From: Vicinamibacteria bacterium
Lineage (GTDB): Bacteria > Acidobacteriota > Vicinamibacteria > Marinacidobacterales > Marinacidobacteraceae
DNA: 64,000 bases
Direction of reading: 5' to 3'
Assembly (NCBI GenBank): GCA_964291235.2
Contig: OZ219816.1
Location: forward strand, 576,001 to 640,000
Every line of letters starts with the position of its first letter. The first letter of the stretch is position 1. This document shows, in pieces, positions 9,744 through 19,925 of the stretch. The notes under the pieces are model-generated. The model was not told where the DNA came from. It made no database searches and saw nothing but the letters and a program-made list of their open reading frames with translations. The position numbers were made by a program, and so were the translations under genes.

Positions 9744-11150
9744 ATGTCCGAACTCGACGCCCGTATCCCCAACAACGTGGCGCTGTCCCAGGATCCGCGC
9801 CTCCAGCGGGCGCTGCTGCGCTGGCAGCCCGCGTTCCTCCAGTGGTGGAACGAGATGGGGCCGGAGGGTTTCCAGGGCGACGACGTGCTCCTGCGCACCG
9901 CGGTCTCGGTGGAGCCGTCGGGCTGGTCGCACTTCGACTACGTGCGCATGCCGGACTACCGCTGGGGCATCTTCCTGACGCCGCCGGAGGAGGATCGGCG
10001 CATCGGCTTCGGGGATCTGGCGGGCCGACCGGTGTGGCAGGAGGTTCCGGGAGAGTTCCGGACCGACCTGCGGCGGCTCATCGTCACCCAGGGCGACACG
10101 GAGCCGGCGAGCGTGGAACAGCAACGCCAGTTGGGAAAGACCGCCCCCAGCCTCTACGACCTCCGGAATCTCTTCCAGGTGAACGTCGAGGAGGGGCGGC
10201 ATCTTTGGGCGATGGTGTACCTGCTGCACTCCTACTTTGGCCGCGACGGCCGGGAGGAAGCGGACGCCCTGCTCGAGCGCCACAGCGGAGACGTGGACCG
10301 GCCGCGCATCCTGCAGGCGTTCAACGAGCCCTGCGATGACTGGTTGAACTTCTACCTGTTCACCATGTTCACCGATCGGGACGGCAAGTACCAGCTTCTC
10401 GCGCTCGCGGAGAGCGCCTTCGATCCCCTCGCGCGCACCACCCGGTTCATGCTCACCGAGGAGGCGTTCCACATGTCGGTCGGCGAGACCGGGGTGGGCC
10501 GGATCGTCGAGCGAACCGCCGAGGTCATGGCGGCCGGGCACGACGATCCCCGGGAAGTGGGCGTGTTCGATCTGCCTCTCATCCAGCGCCACATCAACTT
10601 CTGGTTCAGCGCTTCGCTCGACCTGTTCGGCGGCGAGGTCTCCTCGAACGCTGCCCACTACTTCGCGAACGGGCTGAAGGGCAGGGCGCGGGAAACGCGC
10701 CGGAAGGACCACGCGGCGCTCGACGGCGTGTACCGGATGCGGTTGCCCGAAGCGGGTGCACTCGGCGAGCGGGAGGTGCCGCTCCGGAACGCCATGAACG
10801 AGATCCTTCGCGACGACTACGTTCGCGACTGCGAGCGTGGCCTGGCGCGCTGGAACAGGATCCTGGAGAACGCCGGGCTCGGGGACCGCCTGAGTCTGCC
10901 CAGCCGCCGCTTTCACCGGCAGATCGGGGCCTACTCCGGTCACCGGTTCGACCCCGAGGGGAACCTCGTCGAGGAAGAGGTCTGGCAGCGGGAGTGCGGG
11001 CAGTGGCTGCCGACCGCGAACGACCGCGAGTATGTGCGGCGCCTGATGGCGCCGGTGTACGAGCCGGGCAAGATGGCGTACTGGATCGCGCCGCCGAAGA
11101 GCGGGGTGGACGGCAAGCCGATCGGCTACGAGTACGTCCGGCGTCCGTGA
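9744..11150 (+). CDS. boxB: Benzoyl-CoA 2,3-epoxidase, di-iron subunit
   Basis: IPNNV, MPDYRWGIF, QGDTEPASVEQQR; di-iron ExxH motifs EEGRH and EEAFH. Confidence 0.95.
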   Translation: MSELDARIPNNVALSQDPRLQRALLRWQPAFLQWWNEMGPEGFQGDDVLLRTAVSVEPSGWSHFDYVRMPDYRWGIFLTPPEEDRRIGFGDLAGRPVWQEVPGEFRTDLRRLIVTQGDTEPASVEQQRQLGKTAPSLYDLRNLFQVNVEEGRHLWAMVYLLHSYFGRDGREEADALLERHSGDVDRPRILQAFNEPCDDWLNFYLFTMFTDRDGKYQLLALAESAFDPLARTTRFMLTEEAFHMSVGETGVGRIVERTAEVMAAGHDDPREVGVFDLPLIQRHINFWFSASLDLFGGEVSSNAAHYFANGLKGRARETRRKDHAALDGVYRMRLPEAGALGEREVPLRNAMNEILRDDYVRDCERGLARWNRILENAGLGDRLSLPSRRFHRQIGAYSGHRFDPEGNLVEEEVWQRECGQWLPTANDREYVRRLMAPVYEPGKMAYWIAPPKSGVDGKPIGYEYVRRP

Positions 11151-12337
11151 GCGACGGTTTGCCGATGGACATCGTGCTCGCCGGAGCGCGACGCACTCCC
11201 ATCGGGCGTTTCGGCGGCGCGTTCGCCTCCCTGACGGCGCCCGCCCTGGGGGCCGCCGCCGCGCGCGCCTCGCTCGCCGCCGCCGGTGTTCCGCCCGAGG
11301 CGGTGGACGAGGTGGTCTTCGGGAACGCTCGGCAGGCGGGTGTCGGCCCGAATCCCGCGCGGCAGATCGGACGGCGGGCCGGTCTCGGCGACCGCGTGCC
11401 GGCGCGGACGGTGAACCAGGCGTGCGCTTCCGGACTCCGGGCGATTCTGGACGCCGCCGCCTCCGTCCGCCTCGGAGATGCCGAGGTGGTACTCGCCGGG
11501 GGCACCGAGAGCATGAGCAACACCCCGTTTCTCCTGCCCTCCGTGCGCTGGGGACAGCGATTCGGCGATGGATCGCTCGACGACGGGATGTACCGCGACG
11601 GGTTTCACTGCCCGCTGGCGGATCAGCTCATGGGAGACACCGCGGAGACCCTGGCCGACCGGTACGGCCTCTCCCGCGCCGAGTGCGATGGCTACGCGGC
11701 GACGAGTCAGAACCGTGCCGAGGCGGCGCGCGCCGCGGGTCGTTTCGATCAGGAGATCGCCCCGGTCCGGGTCGCCACCCGCAAGGGCGAGGTCGAAGTG
11801 GCGCGTGACGAGCACCCCCGCGCCGGGGTGACTCGGGATTCGCTAGCGAAACTCCCGCCGGTTTTCCGGGAAGACGGAGTGGTCCACGCCGGGAATTCGT
11901 CCGGGATTACCGACGGCGCCGCGGCAGTCGTGGTGCTCTCCGCGAGCCGAGCTCGGGAACTCGGCGTCCGACCGCTGGCCCGCCTCGCGGGCCATGCGAC
12001 CGCCGGGGTGGACCCTCGCGTGATGGGCATCGGGCCGGTGCCGGCGGTACGCGATCTGCTGGACCGCACCGGGATGCGCCTTGCGGACGTGGCGCTCGTG
12101 GAACTGAACGAGGCGTTCGCTCCGCAGGTGCTCGCCTGCGTCCGCGATCTGGATCTCGATCCCGGGCGGCTGAACGTGAACGGAGGCGCCATCGCGCTCG
12201 GCCATCCCATTGGCGCCACCGGAGCCCGGATCGTCGTCACGCTGCTGCACGAGATGGAGCGACGCGATGTCCGCCACGGGATCGCCACCCTCTGCGTGAG
12301 CGGCGGGATGGGGGTAGCCGTCCTGCTCGAGCGTTAG
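11147..12337 (+). CDS. Acetyl-CoA C-acyltransferase (thiolase)
   Basis: [25 protein letters not shown] and CVSGG motifs; GTG overlaps the boxB TGA (alternative ATG 11165). Confidence 0.92.
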   Translation: MSDGLPMDIVLAGARRTPIGRFGGAFASLTAPALGAAAARASLAAAGVPPEAVDEVVFGNARQAGVGPNPARQIGRRAGLGDRVPARTVNQACASGLRAILDAAASVRLGDAEVVLAGGTESMSNTPFLLPSVRWGQRFGDGSLDDGMYRDGFHCPLADQLMGDTAETLADRYGLSRAECDGYAATSQNRAEAARAAGRFDQEIAPVRVATRKGEVEVARDEHPRAGVTRDSLAKLPPVFREDGVVHAGNSSGITDGAAAVVVLSASRARELGVRPLARLAGHATAGVDPRVMGIGPVPAVRDLLDRTGMRLADVALVELNEAFAPQVLACVRDLDLDPGRLNVNGGAIALGHPIGATGARIVVTLLHEMERRDVRHGIATLCVSGGMGVAVLLER

Positions 12338-12760
12338 GAGCGCCCTGGGGCTGGAGGGGGACGGCGCCGCGGGCAGGCACCGGGGCGTTGCGCCGTCCCC
12401 GTTTGGGTGAGTGTCATCAAGGCTGATTGAGTCAGGGAGTTTCGCGGCCAGGAACCCCCACCGGGAGAACTGGGCCAGCCTCCGGCTGGCATCGCCCGCG
12501 TAGCGGGCGAAACTCCCAAACCTGATCCGCCCGGATGACGCCGCCGCCCAACAGTACGGCGGAGCGGCACCCCGGAGGGCGAACAGAGTGGCGCCGTCCT
12601 CGTTTAGGTCGCCGTCATCAAGGCTGATTGAGTCAGGGAGTTTCGCGGCCTGCGGCCGCGATGCCGGCCGGAGGCCGGCGCTCCTTTTTCTGAGCGCCGT
12701 GGGGCTGGAGAGGGGCGGCGCCGCGGGCAGGCACGGGGGCAATATGCCGTTCCCGTTCCG
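12335..12760. repeat. BIME-like mosaic of REP-like hairpins and linker modules
   Basis: Two copies of GTCATCAAGGCTGATTGAGTCAGGGAGTTTCGCGGCC (~12413, ~12614), hairpins at ~12474 and 12658, CCCCCACCGGGAGAACTGG at ~12455; the same modules recur at 62751-63420. Confidence 0.85.
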
Positions 12761-12763
12761 GAA

Positions 12764-13822
12764 TTAGCGCCTGAAGTATTCGACTTGCCACTTGCGGACG
12801 GCGCGGTTGTGCTCGCGCAGCGACCGGCTGAACTCGTGGGTGCCGTCGTTCCGGGAGACGAAATAGAGGAAATCGCTGTCGGCGGGGTTCAACACGGCGT
12901 CGAGCGCCGCGATCCCGAACGAGCTGATGGGCCCCGGCGGTATTCCCCCGGCCTGGTAGGTGTTGTACGGGGAATCGATCTGGAGGTCTCGTCTCCTGAT
13001 GTTGTTCCCGGTGTCACCCGCCTCGCGCATCGCGAAGAGGACGGTCGGGTCGGACTGCAGCGGCATCCCCCGTTCGAGCCGATTCCAGAACACCGAAGCG
13101 ATCAGGGGGCGTTCTCCGCTGCTCCCCGTCTCTTTTTCGACGATCGAAGCCAGGGTGGCGATCTCGCGCAGCGAGCGGCCGAGTTCCTCCGCGCGGCGGC
13201 GGCGGCGGTCGGTCCACAGTGCCCGGAACTGGCGCACCAGCACTCCGGCGAGCCGTTCGGGACCGGCTTCGGGAGGCAGGCGATAGGTGCTCGGAAAGAG
13301 ATAGCCCTCGAGATCCTTCGCCTCCGGGTCGAGGTCGCCGACGAGGTTGGCCGCGGTTTCCGGATCCTGGAACACCGCGAGCAGCGCGTCCCGATCCCCG
13401 GCCCCCTGTTCCGCGAGCGCCGCCGCGGTGGCGGCCTGGTCGAGACCCTCGGGGAGGGTCACCGCCAGGGTCGCCACTTCGCCGCTGACCAGCCTGCCGA
13501 TCACGTCGGTGGGGGTGAGCGGGCCCTCAAACCGGTAAAGACCTGCCTGCAGGCGACTTCCGAGATCCGCCCTCCTCACCCCGCGGAGGAAAACGTCGCG
13601 GTCCGCGACGATTCCCGAAGCCTCCAGGCGGTTTGCGATCGTCTCGGCGGTCGAGCCGCGCCCCACCCGGAACAGGACAGCTCCGCGATGCTCGGCGTAG
13701 GGACGGCCGAGCGCGTCTTCCAGCGGCTTCAGGTAGAAGGACTGGTAGGCCAAGGCCCCGGCGGCCGCGACGGCCGCAATCCCCGTCAACCCGAGGGCGA
13801 GCCGCCGAACGCGGCGGGACAC
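12764..13822 (-). CDS. mltG: Endolytic transglycosylase
   Basis: N-terminal TM, LEGYLFPSTY, LASIVEKE, LQSDPT, SPYNTY and LYFVS motifs. Confidence 0.95.
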   Translation of the reverse strand: MSRRVRRLALGLTGIAAVAAAGALAYQSFYLKPLEDALGRPYAEHRGAVLFRVGRGSTAETIANRLEASGIVADRDVFLRGVRRADLGSRLQAGLYRFEGPLTPTDVIGRLVSGEVATLAVTLPEGLDQAATAAALAEQGAGDRDALLAVFQDPETAANLVGDLDPEAKDLEGYLFPSTYRLPPEAGPERLAGVLVRQFRALWTDRRRRRAEELGRSLREIATLASIVEKETGSSGERPLIASVFWNRLERGMPLQSDPTVLFAMREAGDTGNNIRRRDLQIDSPYNTYQAGGIPPGPISSFGIAALDAVLNPADSDFLYFVSRNDGTHEFSRSLREHNRAVRKWQVEYFRR

Positions 13823-13851
13823 TGGTTGGCTCCCGAGCGCGCTCCGGTCCT

Positions 13852-15186
13852 TCAGGAAGGACCTTGCGCGGCCGCCCGGCGCCGCTTCAGGGCCCGGATC
13901 GCCAGGTCCACTTCCGGATCCTCGTCGTCGAGATCCTCGGGTTCGATGTCCAGATCCGCGGGACTCGCACTCGGCGCCACCCCGACCCCCAGGATGTCTT
14001 CACCGTCCGTATCCTGGATGTGGGCGGTGGAAAGGAGGATTGCGTCCCCTTCCGGAAGCTCGATGAGTTCGGGACGTCCGGTGCGGCCGGCGGTGCGCCG
14101 TCCGACGATGTCCGTCTCCTCGCGGGACTTGAGGGCCGCCGCGAGCACTTCTCCAGCACACACCGTGCTCTGGTTGATGGCCACCGCCACTGGGCCGTCG
14201 AAGACGGGTTCCCCGACCGGGGTGGCGAGCGGCGCCGACGATTCATCGCCGTTCGGCTGGCGCTCGAAGAACCGGGCCACTTCGCCCTCCATGAAGGCGC
14301 CGGCAGCCTCGACCCCCGCGTCGCAGGCGCCGCTCGCACCGCGGCTTCCCCTCAGATCGAGCACGAGGCCCGTCGCCCCGCCGGCTGCCAGTGACTCCAC
14401 GGCGGCCTCGAGTTGGCCGCTCGTCGCGTCGTGGAAGCGCCGGATCCGGACGAGCCCGATTCCCTCGCCGAGCGTGCGGTGCTCCACCGGTGGGGCAGGG
14501 AGCACGGCCCGCTCGACGGTGACGTTCCGGGACTCCGCGTCGGTGGCGTCGCGAAGCGACAGCTGCACCGAGGTGCCGGGCTCGCCGGCGAGCAACAGGA
14601 GGGCGACGGGAATCCGGAGTTCGCGGGTGTTTTGACCGTCGATCGCGGTAATCGCGACGCCGCGCTCGATACCGGCCTCGGCGGCGGGTGATCCCGGAAG
14701 CACGTCGTCCACGTGCAGGTAGTACCGCTTCTGCAGGCCGATCCCGACGCTCGCGTTCAACGACGTGCGATTCCGGTAGCGGGCGAGATCAGCGGCGCTG
14801 AGATAGGCGCTGTCCGCGTCGAGCGCTTCAAAGATGCCGCGGACCGCCCCGTCCATCAGGAACGCCGCGTCCACCGGCTCCAGGTACTGGTCCCGGATGA
14901 GCATCAACGCTCCGCTGAACACCTCGATGGCGTCGTAAACCGACTCCTGAACGGGCGCCGGCGCCGCGGAGCCGTTCCCGGCCGAAAGCCCGGCCCGGGC
15001 CAATAATGGCGCTGCCCGATCGGCGGCTTCCGGACCGAGCCGATCCGCGGCGGCCACCGCCGCCGCCGCCAGCAGGATGCCGGCGAACGCCCTCCGTCCC
15101 CAACTGGGCTTCCAACGGAGCCCCCGACTGGGCCGCCCCCCGGCGTCCGGGGGGCGGCCGGAGACGGCCGGATTCGAGGAGATCAG
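13852..15186 (-). CDS. S41 (CtpA/Prc-like) peptidase homolog with PDZ domain; start uncertain
   Basis: YLEPVD, LDADSAYL, GSPAAEAG PDZ, LVLDLRG; active-site region STVCAGE...RTAGR is non-canonical. Confidence 0.78.
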   Translation of the reverse strand: MISSNPAVSGRPPDAGGRPSRGLRWKPSWGRRAFAGILLAAAAVAAADRLGPEAADRAAPLLARAGLSAGNGSAAPAPVQESVYDAIEVFSGALMLIRDQYLEPVDAAFLMDGAVRGIFEALDADSAYLSAADLARYRNRTSLNASVGIGLQKRYYLHVDDVLPGSPAAEAGIERGVAITAIDGQNTRELRIPVALLLLAGEPGTSVQLSLRDATDAESRNVTVERAVLPAPPVEHRTLGEGIGLVRIRRFHDATSGQLEAAVESLAAGGATGLVLDLRGSRGASGACDAGVEAAGAFMEGEVARFFERQPNGDESSAPLATPVGEPVFDGPVAVAINQSTVCAGEVLAAALKSREETDIVGRRTAGRTGRPELIELPEGDAILLSTAHIQDTDGEDILGVGVAPSASPADLDIEPEDLDDEDPEVDLAIRALKRRRAAAQGPS

Positions 15187-16803
15187 GATCCGGCTACCTG
15201 GAACTCGACGACCTCGGTGACCGAGCCTCCGCCGACCATGTCCTTCACGGTGATCTCGGCGGTGTAGTCGCCGGCCTCGAAGACCTCCCGGCGGCCGTCC
15301 TGGAAGAGCCGCGCCAGCGGAACGTCCACGATGGCGATCGCCAGTTCCTCGGAGGCGAGATTGAAGGCCGTCGGGTTGTAGCGGAGGAGCTGCTCGCCAT
15401 CCTTCGTGAAGGCGATCTGCCACGTCAGGTTCGGCTGACCAGCCCCCCCGTAGCCGTAGGCGTTGAACACGAGGCGCAGCTGGTCTCCGGGCGCGTACAC
15501 CGGGGAGACCTTCGGTACGAAGTGGAAACCACCGACCAGCAGGGCGCGGCCGGGCTCCGGAGTGAAGTCTTCGACACGGGTGCCGTCGGAAAAACGCGCC
15601 ACCGAGGACAACATGAACTCGCCGCTCCCGAAGTTGGGGCTCTCGATTTCCCGGGTGATCGTTCCGTGCGTCTGCGTGGAGGGATCCAGGATCCCGGCAT
15701 AGATCGAGTAGGCGCCGGGCGCCATTTGCATCGGCATCTCCAGGACCGTCGGACCACCCGCAGATCCCTTCTGAATTTCCACCGTGCGCTCGTCGTAGCC
15801 AATCACGGTCCCCAGCGCATCCACCACGTTGTAAAAGACCGAGAGGGACGCTTGGTCGCCGCTCCAGGTGATGGCGTCCGAATCCAGTTCGAAGACGGCG
15901 GCCACGTAGGTGTCACCGACGTTCGAGCGGAAGAACGAGAAACTGGCGTCAAGACCGATGCCGGTGCCGGGCTCGCCACCGGCCCGCAGCGCGTTCAGGA
16001 TGGTCTTGCCGGGGCTGTTGGGATCGAGGAGCGCCCGCGTCTCCGCGCCGAAGAGATCCTCGACGTCCGGTAGCTCGCCGTCGGCGTTCAGGCTGAAGTT
16101 GATCTGGCTGGGCCAGACGATCTGCCGCGCCCGCGCCCGATCGATAGCGGCCTCGATCTCATCGGTGCGGACCAGCCGCGTGCCGAGATTCGTGCGCCGG
16201 AACTCGAGTTCGAGCCCGTCGGGGAGGCCGCGGTCGGGGTTCGGAACGTAGCTGAACTTCATCCCGCTGCCCGGGCCGCCGCCCATGCCGCCGCCACCGC
16301 GGCCGCCGCCCCCGCCGGCGCCCATACCGCCGCCGCTTTCCCCGAGGGGGTTCTCGCCCGTCGCGCCACCCGGTGGCCGTCCGCCGCCGGGACCGGCCGC
16401 GCGGCCCCCGGTCGCCTCCCGGTTGTCCGGGGGACCGAAGAGCAGCATCACGAGCGCCATGTCGGTTCGCGATCCCTTGATGCCGCGCTGCCCGAACTGG
16501 TCGTCAGCCTGCTTCCTCCAGTTGTCGAACTGGTCTTCGGCGCGATCCGGATCGTGCGGGTTCTGGCTGCGACGCGACCAGAAGTGCTCCTTGAACTTGT
16601 TTCGCTCGCCCCGTGGCAGCGACTCGAACGCCTGCCGCTCCTGGGCGGTCATGATCGGCTCCACCTCTTCCAGCCAGCGCCGGTCGCCCCGGCTCAGGCT
16701 GTCCTGGGCAAGCGCCGGGAGAGCGAGGGCGAGGATCGCGAGGGCGGCAAAACCCGCCTTGAAATGGGAAAAGCGGGGGGCAACCCGCGTCTGCTCAGGC
16801 ATG
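15183..16803 (-). CDS. GWxTD-domain secreted protein
   Basis: Signal peptide; WLEEVEPIMT, FWSRR, GSRTDM..FGPPD; Gly-rich insert. Confidence 0.8.
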
Positions 16804-16943
16804 AGGCCTCCTGATGCTGAAGCGGCCACAAAGCCGAGGCTCCACCTCGGACCGGACACGCGATAGCCGTGAAATTGCCGTGAAAGAATACGTCCGGAGG
16901 GGGTTCCCCGCAAGCCTTGGAACCCACGCTATACTCGATTTCG

Positions 16944-18173
16944 ATGTCGTCTTCAATACCCCCGCCACGGCGCTCCCTGCGCCGGACCACGCTCGGGTTC
17001 CTCCTTTCCGGGCTGCTGCTCGGGTCCTGGGCCTGCGGAACCGCTCCCAAGCGGACCTGGACGGTGGAGGAGATTCGGGCGGACCTGAATCACCGGATCA
17101 CCCCCGACGTGCTCGCCCGCGTCGAGATCCCGTTCGAAATCGACGATGAAATCCGGGAACTCGCGTTTCGGGTCACAGAAAACCTGAGGACCGACAAGGA
17201 GAAGATGCGGGCCATCATCCGGGCGATCCGTCACCACACCGGCGGCACCATCTCCTACGACTGGCTTTCCAACAAGACCGCGAAGAACGTGTACCGGGAG
17301 GGCCGCGGCAACTGTCTCGCCTATACGAACCTCTTCGTCGGCATGTCCCGGGCGGTGGGGGTGGACGCGGTCTACGTGGATGTCACCACCATCGAGAAGG
17401 TCACCAAGGAAGCCGAAGTCATCGTCAACAGCGGTCACATCACCGGCGGCATCAAGGACGGCCCCGACCTGATCTTCGTGGACTTCACCTCGAACCCCGA
17501 GCGCGAGTACGCCGGGGCGAAGATCATCGACGACTTCGAGGCCATTTCGAACTTCTACAACAACGAGGGCTTCCTCTACGGCTATTTCGCCGAAGCGCTG
17601 GCGGACCAGGGAGGCTTCGACCCGCTGGCCCGGGAGATCGAGATGTACCAGCTGGCGCTCTCGATCCGTCCCAACTTCAACCGCGCGCGGAACAACCTCG
17701 GGGTCGCCTACAAGCGGCGCGGCCACGTGGACGCCGCGATCGAGCAGTATCAACTGGCCCTCGACATCGAACCGGATTTCACCGAAGCCCGCTCCAACCT
17801 GGCGAGCGCCTACTACTCCCAGGGGGACACGGACAAGGCGATCCAGGAGTTCCAGCTCGCGGCGCGAAACGACGGGTCCAACGCCTACGTCGTCTATCAC
17901 CTCGGGGTGCTGCACTACCACGAGGGCAAATACCGGCAGGCCGCCGACTTTTTCCGCAAGGCGATTTCCCGGGACCGGCAGATGGCGGACGCCCGGTTCT
18001 TCCTCGGGGAAGCGCTCCTGAAGCTCGGTGACGAGGACAAGGCGATGCGGGAATACGAGCGGGCCATCGAGATCGATCCGAACTACATCTCGGCGCGCGC
18101 CAAGCTCGATCTGCTGCGGGACGCGCAGCGGTCGCGTCCCCCCAGCGGGGAATCGCCCGACGCTTCGCGCTAG
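16944..18173 (+). CDS. Lipoprotein with transglutaminase-like domain and C-terminal TPRs
   Basis: Lipobox SWACG; GNCLAY, SGHI, FVDF putative Cys-His-Asp; repeated ARNNLG/ARSNLA TPRs. Confidence 0.8.
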   Translation: MSSSIPPPRRSLRRTTLGFLLSGLLLGSWACGTAPKRTWTVEEIRADLNHRITPDVLARVEIPFEIDDEIRELAFRVTENLRTDKEKMRAIIRAIRHHTGGTISYDWLSNKTAKNVYREGRGNCLAYTNLFVGMSRAVGVDAVYVDVTTIEKVTKEAEVIVNSGHITGGIKDGPDLIFVDFTSNPEREYAGAKIIDDFEAISNFYNNEGFLYGYFAEALADQGGFDPLAREIEMYQLALSIRPNFNRARNNLGVAYKRRGHVDAAIEQYQLALDIEPDFTEARSNLASAYYSQGDTDKAIQEFQLAARNDGSNAYVVYHLGVLHYHEGKYRQAADFFRKAISRDRQMADARFFLGEALLKLGDEDKAMREYERAIEIDPNYISARAKLDLLRDAQRSRPPSGESPDASR

Positions 18174-18215
18174 CGGCTCCTCGCCCGCTGGCCACCGACT
18201 GTTAGTCTCTTTCCC

Positions 18216-19925
18216 TTGCGGGTCGAAGGAGACACGGCGGGCCTCAAGTCCCGTGACCGGAAGGTCCTGGAGCGCCTCAGCCAGCGGCGCTTGCCTCCGG
18301 CCGCGCTACTGACCCAGGAGTTCGCCCGGCAGCTCGCGGGGATTTCCCGCACGATCCGCCGTCAGGTGGGCGCCCTCGTGGACCGGCGCGGGACGATTAC
18401 CTGGGTTGGAGTGGGCGACGCGCACCGCATCGAACTGCCGGACCTGAAACGGCAGCGCGCCGCCGGCCGGCGACTCCGCGGGCTCCGCTTCGTCCACACC
18501 CACCTGGCGGGAGAGGCGCTGACCCGCGATGACCTTGCGGACCTGGTGCTCCTGAGGCTCGATCTCATTGCGGCCGTCACGGTGGGCGAGGACGGGTTGC
18601 CCGGCGTCGTTCATGCGGCCCACCTGAAGCCGCCGGGGCGCCCCGAGGGAAGGTCCGAAGACGAAACGCCGTGGGAACTTCTGCCGCCCGTCGCCCCGAG
18701 CCAGTTGGACCTCGACTGCACCTCGCTGCTGGCGGATCTCGAACGGGCCTTCGCGCGCTTTGCCCCGGAGCGTCCCGGACGGAGGTACTCGGGACGCGCG
18801 ATTCTGGTCGGGGTGGGGGAGACGGCGCTCGGGTTCGAAAACGTCATGGAGGAGCTGGGAGAACTGGCGCGGGATGCGGGCCTCGAGGTCGTGGACTCGA
18901 TCGTGCAGCGCCGCACCCGCCTCGATCCCCGCACTCTGGTCGGACGGGGCAAACTGGAAGCGCTTGTGATCCGGGCCCTCGACCGGGGCGCCGATCTCAT
19001 TCTGTTCGCGTGTGACCTGAGCCCCTCGCAGACCCGCAACATTTCCCAGGCCACCGATCTCAAGGTGCTGGACCGGACGCAGTTGATCCTCGACATCTTT
19101 GCCCGGAGGGCAACGAGCCGCGAGGGAAAACTGCAGGTCGAACTCGCCCAGTTGCGCTATCGGCTGCCGCGCCTCGTCCAGCGCGATACCTCGCTCTCCC
19201 GGCTGGGTGGCGGTATCGGCGGCAGGGGGCCGGGTGAGACTCGACTCGAAGTCGATCGGCGACGTACCCGCGAGCGCATCGCCCGCCTCCAACGCGACCT
19301 GGCCCAGGTTGCGGTGAAGCGCGACGTGCGCCGGAAACGGCGCGACGCCCGCGGGCTGCCGGTGGTGTCGCTCGTCGGCTACACGAATGCCGGGAAATCC
19401 ACCCTGCTCAACCGGTTGACCCGCAGCGAGGTGGCTGCGGGGAACCGCATGTTCGAAACGCTCGATCCGACCAACCGGCGGCTGCGGGTACCGGTGGAGC
19501 GGGAGGTGCTGCTCGCGGACACGGTGGGTTTCATCCACGACCTGCCCGAGGACCTCATCGAGGCGTTTCGCGGCACCCTCGAGGAAATCTCGGCGGCATC
19601 CCTGCTGTTGCAGGTGGTGGACGCATCGAGTCCCCGACTCGATTCCCGCGCCGGCGCGGTGGAAGCCCTGCTGGGTGAACTCGGCTTCCTCGACATCCCC
19701 CGGATCGTGCTGTTCAACAAGGTGGACCAACTCGACGAGGCCGCGCGGTCGGCGCTGCCCCAGCGGTTGGCGGGCGCGGAGACCTGGCGGGTTTCCGGGG
19801 TCACCGGCGAGGGGCTCGAGGAGCTGGTTGGCGAGATCGCCCGGCTTATTCCGATGAAGCGGGTGGGTGTCGTCCCGGCGTCTCCGCTGCGAGACCGGCC
19901 TCCGACAGATCTGCTTCTTCGCTGA
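18216..19925 (+). CDS. hflX: Ribosome-splitting GTPase HflX, long N-terminal form
   Basis: DRTQLILDIFA, GYTNAGKST, FETLDPT, DTVGF and NKVD motifs. Confidence 0.95.
   Translation: MRVEGDTAGLKSRDRKVLERLSQRRLPPAALLTQEFARQLAGISRTIRRQVGALVDRRGTITWVGVGDAHRIELPDLKRQRAAGRRLRGLRFVHTHLAGEALTRDDLADLVLLRLDLIAAVTVGEDGLPGVVHAAHLKPPGRPEGRSEDETPWELLPPVAPSQLDLDCTSLLADLERAFARFAPERPGRRYSGRAILVGVGETALGFENVMEELGELARDAGLEVVDSIVQRRTRLDPRTLVGRGKLEALVIRALDRGADLILFACDLSPSQTRNISQATDLKVLDRTQLILDIFARRATSREGKLQVELAQLRYRLPRLVQRDTSLSRLGGGIGGRGPGETRLEVDRRRTRERIARLQRDLAQVAVKRDVRRKRRDARGLPVVSLVGYTNAGKSTLLNRLTRSEVAAGNRMFETLDPTNRRLRVPVEREVLLADTVGFIHDLPEDLIEAFRGTLEEISAASLLLQVVDASSPRLDSRAGAVEALLGELGFLDIPRIVLFNKVDQLDEAARSALPQRLAGAETWRVSGVTGEGLEELVGEIARLIPMKRVGVVPASPLRDRPPTDLLLR

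Noticed and set aside
19846-19925. 80-bp tail-to-tail overlap of hflX and rsgA as a regulatory device
   Set aside because: Both tails are low-complexity and lie beyond the conserved domains; stop-codon drift is sufficient.
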